Below are positions 37,109 to 44,054 of a stretch of DNA of 61,867 nucleotides, piece after piece. The stretch spans positions 1 to 61,867 of the forward strand of contig DAOUCL010000043.1 in NCBI GenBank assembly GCA_034432015.1, given 5' to 3'. The notes beneath the pieces were generated by a model. The model saw only the letters and a program-made list of their open reading frames with translations. It was not told the origin of the DNA and ran no database searches. Every line of letters begins with the position of its first letter. Position 1 is the first letter of the stretch. The translations under genes and the position numbers were made by a program. This stretch comes from Dehalococcoidia bacterium (GTDB lineage Bacteria; Chloroflexota; Dehalococcoidia; JAUQQI01).

Positions 37109-38193
37109 GCCGTCCCAGGCCGCCTCCGGACGACCCGAACGGCGTACCGGGTCGCCTCGGCCAGAAACCGGCCCACCTCCCAGGCGGGCACCCCCCGCCG
37201 GGCCAGGGCGGCCCGAAGGGCCCCCGCCCGCTCGGGGGCGACGGCGATGAGCAGTCCGCCCGAGGTCTGGGCATCGGCCAGGATGAGCTTTTCGGCCTCG
37301 GTAAAGGCGTCGGCCCACTCGACCCGCACCCGGCCGGCCTTTTCGGTGCCGGAGAGGAAGGCCAGGTTTCGGCGGGTGCCCCCGGGCACCACCCCGGCCT
37401 CGGCCAGCTCCCGGACCGCCGGCATCAGGGGCACCGCCTCGAAGTAGACCTCCGCCCCCAGGGGGCTTTCCCGGACCATTTCGTAGAGGTGGCCCAGGAG
37501 GCCGTAGCCGGTGACGTCGGTGGCCGCCCGCACCCCCACCTCCACCATCGCCTCCGAGGCCTCCCGGTTGAGGGTGAGCATCCAGCGGACGGCCTCGGCC
37601 ACGGCTTCGGGCGGGGCCACCTCCCGCTTAATGGCCGTGGAGATGATGCCCGTTCCCAAAGGTTTGGTCAGAAAGAGGCGGTCGCCGGGACGGGCGGCCG
37701 TCTTGGCGATGATGCGCTCGGGGTGGACGGTTCCGGTTACTACCAGTCCGTACTTGGGCTCCGGGTCGTCGATGGAGTGGCCGCCGATAATCGGGGCCCC
37801 GGCCTCCCGGGCCTTCTCGGCCCCACCCCGCAGGATCTCCACCAGCACCTCCCGGGGCAGGGTATTAACGGGGAAGCCGATGATGTTCAGGGCGAAGCGG
37901 GGCCGGCCGCCCATCGCGTAGATGTCGCTTAAGGCGTTGGCGGCCGCAATGGCGCCGAAGAGAAAGGGGTCGTCCACGATGGGGGTAAAGAAATCGACCG
38001 TCTGGACCACGGCCAGGTCGTCCGAAAGACGGTAAACCCCGGCGTCGTCCGGCCGGTCGAGGCCGACCAGGACGTTGGGGTCGGTAAAAAAGGGCACCCG
38101 GCTCAGGACCTCGACGAGGTCCTCAGGACTTAGCTTGCAGGCTCAGCCGGCGCCGTGGGATAAGGTTGTAAGCCGAATCCTTTCCCGCTCCAA
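37105..38193 (-). CDS. selD: selenide, water dikinase (selenophosphate synthetase), selenocysteine-containing; UGA at 38145..38143 read as Sec
   Basis: The listed ORF (start 38097) lacks the catalytic N-terminus. The frame stays open upstream through one TGA to TTG 38193, giving (M)[31 protein letters not shown]. This aligns to E. coli [25 protein letters not shown]. Confidence 0.85.
38102..38126 (-). promoter_or_regulatory. SECIS-like hairpin downstream of the selD UGA
   Basis: 8-bp stem AGGACCUC/GAGGUCCU with an apical GUC, plus 2 outer pairs. It starts about 17-20 nt 3' of the UGA. Confidence 0.5.
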
Positions 38194-38196
38194 GGG

Positions 38197-39129
38197 CTAC
38201 CACCAGATAATTTTCTCGGCCGTCTCGGCCAGCTCTTCGGTCGGGGTGGTCCAGACGCCGCTCGACAGATACTTCCAGCCGCCGTCGGCAAAAAGGACGA
38301 CGATGTTGGCCGCGGTGAGCCGCTCGGCGTATTTTAGGGCGGCGTAGAGGGCCGCCCCGGAGGAGATGCCGGCGAAGATCCCCTCCCGGTGAAGCAGTTC
38401 CCGGGTGAGCCGGAAGGAGTCGATGGCCCGGACTAAAATCTTGCCGTCCAGGAGGTTAAGGTCGAGAATCGGGGGAACAAAGCCCTCCTCCAGGCTTCGG
38501 AGGCCCTGAACCTGCTCCCCGGGGTGGGGTTCGGCGGCGACCACCCGGATGTTCGGGTTGTATTCTTTGAGGCGGCGACCGACCCCCATCAGGGTGCCGC
38601 CGGTACCCAGGCCGGCGACGAAGACGTCGACATCAGGCAGGTCTTCGAGGATCTCCGGCCCGGTGGTCTCGTAGTGGGCCAGGGGGTTGGCCAGATTCCC
38701 GTACTGGTAGGGCATAAAGTACTGGGGGTCCTCGGCCAGCTTGAGGGCCACCTCGATGGAACCGTTGGTGCCCCGGCGGCCGTCGGTAAGGATTATTTCG
38801 GCCCCGAAGGCCTGAAGCACCTGCCGGCGCTCGACGCTTACATTTTCGGGCATCACCACCTTTAGCCGGTAGCCCTTCACCCGGCAGACCATGGCCAGGG
38901 AGATGCCGGTGTTGCCGCTGGTGGGCTCAAGGACGGTCTTATCCGGGGTGAGCTTGCCCTCGGCCTCGGCCCGCTCGATCATATACTTGGCGATCCGGTC
39001 CTTAAGGCTGCCCGAGGGGTTGTGACCCTCGAGCTTGGCGAAGATACGGACCCCTTCCTTCGGCCGGAACCGCTTAAGCTCCACTAAAGGCGTCCGGCCG
39101 ATGGCCCCCAGAATGTCATCGCAGCGCAT
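38197..39129 (-). CDS. cysM: cysteine synthase, CysM-like (candidate CysO-thiocarboxylate-dependent)
   Basis: PLP-enzyme motifs (NPSGSLKDR, TSGNTG, GTGGT). ATG 39129 follows a GGAGG formed by the Gly-Gly codons of cysO. The alternative start TTG 39147 is listed on the track. Confidence 0.85.
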   Translation of the reverse strand: MRCDDILGAIGRTPLVELKRFRPKEGVRIFAKLEGHNPSGSLKDRIAKYMIERAEAEGKLTPDKTVLEPTSGNTGISLAMVCRVKGYRLKVVMPENVSVERRQVLQAFGAEIILTDGRRGTNGSIEVALKLAEDPQYFMPYQYGNLANPLAHYETTGPEILEDLPDVDVFVAGLGTGGTLMGVGRRLKEYNPNIRVVAAEPHPGEQVQGLRSLEEGFVPPILDLNLLDGKILVRAIDSFRLTRELLHREGIFAGISSGAALYAALKYAERLTAANIVVLFADGGWKYLSSGVWTTPTEELAETAEKIIWW

Positions 39130-39409
39130 GGTCTTGGCCTCCGGCAAGGGCCGGCAAAATGGAAAGGACGTCCCCGTCCCGGGTGGGGGTATTGAGCCGC
39201 TGGAGGAAACGGACGTCCTCGTCGTTTAGATAAATGTTGATATGCCGCCGGATCTCCCCGTTTTCGTCCAGCAGAAGCTTTTTAATGCCGGGGAACTGCT
39301 GTTCCAGCCGGTCCAGGATTTCCCCGACCGTTCGGCCTTCGACCTTGATCACCTTCTGGCCGCCCACGGCCGACTGAAGGATCGCCGGAACCCGAACTTC
39401 AACCGCCAT
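39116..39409 (-). CDS. cysO: CysO/MoaD/ThiS-family ubiquitin-fold sulfur-carrier protein (97 aa) with a 6-residue tail after Gly-Gly
   Basis: MAVEVRVPAILQSAVGGQK...NIYLNDEDVRF...DGDVLSILPALAGG-QDHALR resembles M. tuberculosis CysO (..NIYVNDEDVRF...DGDSVTILPAVAGG). Only the last 97 codons of track ORF 39116-39874 are coding. Confidence 0.8.
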   Translation of the reverse strand: MAVEVRVPAILQSAVGGQKVIKVEGRTVGEILDRLEQQFPGIKKLLLDENGEIRRHINIYLNDEDVRFLQRLNTPTRDGDVLSILPALAGGQDHALR

Positions 39410-39428
39410 AGTCCTTTTCTCCGGGTCT

Positions 39429-40523
39429 TCAGCTCTGGGCGAGCACGGGCACGCCGCAGAAGGCTTCGTAGTCGATAAGCTCGGTGATGGTGGGGTTGTC
39501 CCCGCAGACCGGGCAGTTGGGGTTGCGGCGAATCTTAACGGTACGAAAGTCCATCGCCAGGGTGTCGATGAGGAGCAGCCGCCCGACCAACGGCTCGCCC
39601 AGCCCGAGAATGAGCTTGATGGCCTCGGTGGCCTGGATGCAGCCCACCAGGCCGGTAACCACCCCGAAGACGCCCGCCTCGGCGCAATTGGGCACCGCCC
39701 CGGGGGGCGGCGGGGCCGGGTAGAGGCACCGGTAGCAGCCGTGGCCCGGCATAAAGACCGTGACCTGGGCGTCGAACTTAAAGACGCTGGCGTCCACCAG
39801 GGGCTTTTTAAGAAAGACGCAGGCGTCGTTGACCAGGTAGCGGGTGGGGAAGTTGTCCGAGCCGTTGAGGACAACGTCGTAGTCTTTGATAATATCTAGG
39901 GCGTTGGCCGAGGTTAAAGCGGTGTTGTAGGGCACGACCTCGACGTCGGGGTTGATGCGCCGGACGGTGTCCCGGGCCGACTCCACCTTCGGCCGGCCGA
40001 TGTCGTCGGTGTGGTGGATGACCTGCCGCTGCAGGTTCGAAAGGTCGACCACGTCGAAGTCCACAACCCCGATCCGGCCGACTCCGGCGGCAGCCAGGTA
40101 GAGAATAGCCGGGGAGCCCAGCCCCCCCGCCCCGATGACCAGGACGCTGGACCCCAAAAGCTTGCGCTGGCCGGCCCCCCCGATCTCCGGCATGATCATG
40201 TGCCGGCTGTAGCGGATCACCTGCTCGGGGGTTAGGGTTCGGGGGGCCGCCCCACCGGCCAACGCCGGCACCACCGCAATCTCATCCCCGTCCCGGACCG
40301 GGGTACTCGGGCCGGCCAGGTCCTCGATCTCCTGGCTGTTCACGTAGACGTTGACGTACCGGCGCAGCCGGCCGGCCTCGTCGAAGAGCTCGGCCTTAAG
40401 CTCGGGAAACTGGGCCGCAAGCCGGTCCAGGGCCTCGGCCACATCCCGGGCCTCCACCTGGACCCGGGCCTGGTTGCCCGTAAACCGCCGCAAGGGCGTC
40501 CCGATGTAGACGTTAACCGGCAT
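39429..40523 (-). CDS. fusion protein: N-terminal CysO-like Ubl domain (ending ALAGG) + ThiF/MoeB-type E1 adenylyltransferase (no rhodanese domain)
   Basis: MPVNVYIG...NVYVNSQEIE...DGDEIAVVPALAGG-AAPRTLTPEQVIRYSRHMIMPEIG, the Rossmann motif VIGAGGLGS, and two CxxC pairs (CYRC, CPVC). ATG 40523 is spaced 11 nt from GGAGGG. Confidence 0.8.
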   Translation of the reverse strand: MPVNVYIGTPLRRFTGNQARVQVEARDVAEALDRLAAQFPELKAELFDEAGRLRRYVNVYVNSQEIEDLAGPSTPVRDGDEIAVVPALAGGAAPRTLTPEQVIRYSRHMIMPEIGGAGQRKLLGSSVLVIGAGGLGSPAILYLAAAGVGRIGVVDFDVVDLSNLQRQVIHHTDDIGRPKVESARDTVRRINPDVEVVPYNTALTSANALDIIKDYDVVLNGSDNFPTRYLVNDACVFLKKPLVDASVFKFDAQVTVFMPGHGCYRCLYPAPPPPGAVPNCAEAGVFGVVTGLVGCIQATEAIKLILGLGEPLVGRLLLIDTLAMDFRTVKIRRNPNCPVCGDNPTITELIDYEAFCGVPVLAQS

Positions 40524-40545
40524 CTTCACCATTACCCTCCGTCGG

Positions 40546-41490
40546 TTAAAATGGCATCGTCAGGTAGCGTTCACCGGTATCGGGCAGGATGGTCACCACC
40601 ACCTTGCCCGCCCCGAGCCGCTCTGCCACCTGCAAGGCCGCAAAGACGTTGGCCCCGGAAGATATCCCCACCAGAAGCCCCTCCTCCCGGGCGAGGCGGG
40701 CGGCGGTGGCGATGGCATCCTCATCCCGCACGTGGATGAGCTCGTCGATGACCTCCCGATTGAGCACCCCGGGCACGAAGCTGGCCCCCATCCCCTGAAT
40801 GGCGTGGGGCCGGAACTTGCCCCCGGCCAGCACCGGGGCTTTGGCGGGTTCCACCCCGACCACCAGCACCCCGGGAACCTCCGCCTTAAGCACCTCGCCC
40901 ACCCCCGTTATGGTGCCGCCGGTGCCGATGCCGATGACCACGGCGTTCACCTTCCCGTCGGTGGCCTCCAGGATCTCCCGGGCCGTCGTCTGCCGGTGGA
41001 TTTCGGGGTTGGCCGGGTTTTCGAACTGCTGGGGCATAAAGTAGCCGTATTTTTCCACCAGCTCCTGGGCGGCGTAAACCGCCCCGGTCATCCCCTCGAT
41101 GGCCGGGGTAAGGATTATCTCCGCCCCGAACCGCTGGAGGAGCCGGCGCCGCTCGATGCTCATATCCTCCGGCATCGTCAGGATTAGCCGGTAGCCCTTT
41201 ACGGCGGCCACCATCGCCAGGCCGATGCCGGTGTTGCCGCTGGTCGGCTCCACAATAGTGTCCCCGGGCTTTAAAATTCCGGCCCGCTCGGCCGCCTCCA
41301 CCATGGCCAGGGCGATGCGGTCCTTGACGCTTCCGGCCGGGTTAAGGGATTCCAGCTTGGCATAGATGGTGGCCGAGCCCGGCTTCGGCAGCCGGTTCAG
41401 CCGGACCATGGGGGTATTGCCGATAAGGTCTAGGACGCTTTCGGCGATTTTGGGCCGGGTTAAGACCTTGCGCGGAGCCCCCTCGGCCAT
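40546..41490 (-). CDS. cysK: cysteine synthase A (O-acetylserine sulfhydrylase)
   Basis: [38 protein letters not shown]. The start is trimmed to ATG 41490 behind AAGGA. Confidence 0.9.
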   Translation of the reverse strand: MAEGAPRKVLTRPKIAESVLDLIGNTPMVRLNRLPKPGSATIYAKLESLNPAGSVKDRIALAMVEAAERAGILKPGDTIVEPTSGNTGIGLAMVAAVKGYRLILTMPEDMSIERRRLLQRFGAEIILTPAIEGMTGAVYAAQELVEKYGYFMPQQFENPANPEIHRQTTAREILEATDGKVNAVVIGIGTGGTITGVGEVLKAEVPGVLVVGVEPAKAPVLAGGKFRPHAIQGMGASFVPGVLNREVIDELIHVRDEDAIATAARLAREEGLLVGISSGANVFAALQVAERLGAGKVVVTILPDTGERYLTMPF

Positions 41491-41501
41491 GGTTTGTCCT
41501 T

Positions 41502-41939
41502 TTAGATGTGATAAATCACCCGGGTTTCGGCCTGCTCTTCCCGCTCCAGCAGGTCCTGAAGGGTGACCGAATCGAGGATGCGCCGGGTCACCGCCCGGAC
41601 CTCCTGCCAGACCGACCGCTGGCCGCACCGCTCCGAGAGCTGGCAGGCGCCCATGTCATCCAGGCAGTCCAGGACGGCGATATTGCCCTCGAGGGCGGCG
41701 ACGACCTCCCCCATGGTGATCTGACTGGGGGGCCGCATAAGCATGTGGCCGCCCTGGGGCCCCCGGATGCTCCGGATGAGGCCGGCCTTCCGCAGCACCG
41801 TCAGCAGCTGGTCCAGGTAGGGTTCGGGGATGAACTGGCGGGCCGCGATCTCGCTGGTCTGCACGGGCCCCTCACCGTAATGGCGGGCCAGGTCCACCAT
41901 CGCCCGGATGCCATAATCGGCCTTCATGGAGATGCGCAT
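41502..41939 (-). CDS. Rrf2-family transcriptional regulator (IscR/CymR-like) with a three-Cys cluster-type motif
   Basis: [14 protein letters not shown]... wHTH, then [14 protein letters not shown] (C-x6-C-x5-C). Confidence 0.85.
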   Translation of the reverse strand: MRISMKADYGIRAMVDLARHYGEGPVQTSEIAARQFIPEPYLDQLLTVLRKAGLIRSIRGPQGGHMLMRPPSQITMGEVVAALEGNIAVLDCLDDMGACQLSERCGQRSVWQEVRAVTRRILDSVTLQDLLEREEQAETRVIYHI

Positions 41940-43356
41940 CGGCGGCCGTACCCCCTCCGTTATTGTTTAGCGTTAAACTCAACTTTATATTAGCAGATGG
42001 ACCGCCCGCATTTCCAGCCCGGGTTGTATTAGCCGGGCCCCCGGCCCCCAGGCGGACTGCCTGCCGGGCCAGCCGGTTCGCCTCGGCGTTTTCGGCCCGG
42101 GGCACCCATTTAAGGTCGAAAACCTCAAACCGGCCGGCCAGGCGGCGCACCGCCTCGTAGAGGCCCTGAAGCCGCCGGTCAAGGACCCGGTATTCGCCCC
42201 GCAGTTGCCGGTAAACCAGCTCCGAATCCAGCCGCACCTCGACCTGCCGGGCGCCCAGTTCCAGGGCCAGCTCCAGGGCCCGCTTTAAGGCCAGGTATTC
42301 GGCCTCGTTGTTGGTGGCCCTCCCCACCGGTTCCTGCCAGCTGCCCACCCGCCGGCCGTCGGCGAAGGCGACAACCCCGATGCCCGCCGGACCCGGATTT
42401 CCCGAACTGGCCCCGTCCACGTAAAAGACGAGCCTGGCCGGGGCCTCGGCCGCCCTGGGGCCGTCCCCCGACCCCGAAATAACCCCGGCCGCGACCAGGG
42501 CCTGCCTGATCGCCTCCTTTTCGGCCTCGTTGGGGGGCCGGAGGGGGCTCCGGGGGCGTCCGGCCCGGCGGCCTTGAAGTTCGAGGGCCCATTTTACTTT
42601 GGCCGGCAGGTTCGGCCCCTCCACCGCCCGCCAGATTATCAGGAGCCGGCGGTGGACCTCCAGGGCCTCCTGATGGCGCCCGGCCCGGACGGCTTCAAAG
42701 AGGCTTACCCCCAGGCCCGGGGCCACCGTAACGACGGCGGCGATGGCCCCGTGGGCCCCCAGCGCAAAGGAAGGGTAAAGCAGGTCGTCCACCGCGCTCA
42801 GCACCGTCAGCCGGTGGCCGAGGCGCAGCAGGAGGTCGGCCAGGGTGTGCAGGTCGCCCCCGCTCTGCTTGACGCTCCGGACCAGGGGCACCGCCGCCAG
42901 CTTTTCCATCGTGTCGGCCGTGATAGGCGCCCAGGGAAGCACGTTGTAGACGATGATGGGCAGGCCCACCGCCTCGGCAAGGCGGCCGTAGTACTCGACC
43001 AGGCCCTGGGCATCCGGCCGCCACAGGTAGTGGGGCGGGGTCACCTGGAGCCCCCCAACCCCGGCCTCTTTGGCCGCCAGCCCCAGCCGGATGGCTTCCC
43101 GGGTGGTGTCGGGGATGGCGCTGCCGTAGACGGGCACCCGGCCCCGGGCGGCTTCCACGGCCGCCCGGCAGGCCTGATAAAGTTCGGCCGGGTCGAGGCC
43201 TGCCCCCTCCCCCGTCGAGCCCCCAACGGCCAGGCCGTGGACTCCGGCCCCGACCAGATAATCGACCTCATCGGCCAGGGCCTTTAAGTCCAGCTCCTCG
43301 GCGTCGTCGAAAGGGGTAACCATCGGCGGGATGATGCCTTCGATGCGTTCGGACAT
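41872..43356 (-). CDS. fusion protein: DapA-family class I aldolase + C-terminal RNase H (RNase HI/RVT_3-like) domain
   Basis: aa 1-293: PMVTPF, GGSTGEG, Schiff-base-type VKQSGGD. aa 308-436: YVDGAS, NNEAEYLAL, LDSELV, NAEANRLA. It is a single uninterrupted ORF whose 58-aa tail reads across the rrf2 promoter/RBS and overlaps rrf2 by 68 nt. Confidence 0.7.
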   Translation of the reverse strand: MSERIEGIIPPMVTPFDDAEELDLKALADEVDYLVGAGVHGLAVGGSTGEGAGLDPAELYQACRAAVEAARGRVPVYGSAIPDTTREAIRLGLAAKEAGVGGLQVTPPHYLWRPDAQGLVEYYGRLAEAVGLPIIVYNVLPWAPITADTMEKLAAVPLVRSVKQSGGDLHTLADLLLRLGHRLTVLSAVDDLLYPSFALGAHGAIAAVVTVAPGLGVSLFEAVRAGRHQEALEVHRRLLIIWRAVEGPNLPAKVKWALELQGRRAGRPRSPLRPPNEAEKEAIRQALVAAGVISGSGDGPRAAEAPARLVFYVDGASSGNPGPAGIGVVAFADGRRVGSWQEPVGRATNNEAEYLALKRALELALELGARQVEVRLDSELVYRQLRGEYRVLDRRLQGLYEAVRRLAGRFEVFDLKWVPRAENAEANRLARQAVRLGAGGPANTTRAGNAGGPSANIKLSLTLNNNGGGTAADAHLHEGRLWHPGDGGPGPPLR

Positions 43357-43364
43357 CGGGCCTT

Positions 43365-44021
43365 CTAAAGGGGGTCGAAATACGCCTCGGCAAGTTCGCC
43401 CCGGTGGCAGGCGAAGGCGTGGGCGACCCAGACCGGGTCGCCGTGGGTGTTGGCCGGCACCTCCGACTGGGCAAAGAACCCGATTTCCAGAACCTCCCGG
43501 GGGTCGGGCTTAAGTTCCCCGCCCACCAGCCGGCAGTAAAAGAGCAGTCGGTAAAAATGAAGCCGGCGGGGCGAATGGTGGCGGATGCTGTCGTAGACGC
43601 CGATGAGCTTTACCGGCCGTACTACCAGGCCGGTCTCTTCGAGGGCCTCCTTGGCCGCCACTTCGGCCGGGGTGTAGCCAATGTCGGCCCAGCCCACCGG
43701 CACAAACCACCGTCCCGTATCTGCCCGCCGGATGAGCAAAATCCGGTCCTGCCGGTCGAAGATAACGGCCCCGACCCCAACCCTTGGGGTCGGGTATACG
43801 GGGTCGCCGGGCACCACCTCTTCACGCCAGCGGGCAAGGGTTTCGGCTTCGGGAATGCCGGTCCCGGCCGAAAGCAGGTTAGAAAGCCGGGCCGCGACTG
43901 CCAGAATTTCGGCGTACCGCTCCCGGTCATAAGGATCCTGGGCGTAGGCCAGGCCCACCTGGGCGGTCCCCCGAAGCCGTTCCGCCGCCCGCCCCACCTC
44001 CGTAATCAGGTCGTCGGCCAT
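43365..44021 (-). CDS. NUDIX hydrolase with an N-terminal NUDIX-associated helical domain
   Basis: Nudix box GWADIGYTPAEVAAKEALEETGL. The N-terminal GLAYAQDPYDRERY motif is typical of the Nudix_N_2 extension. Confidence 0.85.
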   Translation of the reverse strand: MADDLITEVGRAAERLRGTAQVGLAYAQDPYDRERYAEILAVAARLSNLLSAGTGIPEAETLARWREEVVPGDPVYPTPRVGVGAVIFDRQDRILLIRRADTGRWFVPVGWADIGYTPAEVAAKEALEETGLVVRPVKLIGVYDSIRHHSPRRLHFYRLLFYCRLVGGELKPDPREVLEIGFFAQSEVPANTHGDPVWVAHAFACHRGELAEAYFDPL

Positions 44022-44032
44022 CCTATCGGACT

Positions 44033-44042
44033 AATTATAATT
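44033..44042. promoter_or_regulatory. palindromic AATTATAATT giving a TATAAT -10 box on both strands for divergent genes
   Basis: TATAAT lies 13 nt before ATG 44055 (+) and 12 nt before ATG 44021 (-). The whole intergenic region is only 33 nt. Confidence 0.4.
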
Positions 44043-44054
44043 GCTTGTGAGTAA

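Noticed and set aside
39410-39874. N-terminal 155 codons of track ORF 39116-39874 (-).
   Set aside because: This part overlaps the C-terminus of the E1 gene in another frame and translates to Ser/Thr/Pro/Arg-rich nonsense. Only the last 97 codons (ATG 39409, behind a GGAGAAAAGGA RBS) encode the CysO-like protein.
41940-42000. A possible Rrf2 operator in the AT-rich region upstream of rrf2 (GTTTAACGCTAAAC, 5-bp inverted arms).
   Set aside because: The arms are short and do not match IscR or CymR consensus sites as I remember them. The region is also inside the read-through tail of the DapA::RNase H ORF, so I cannot call it.
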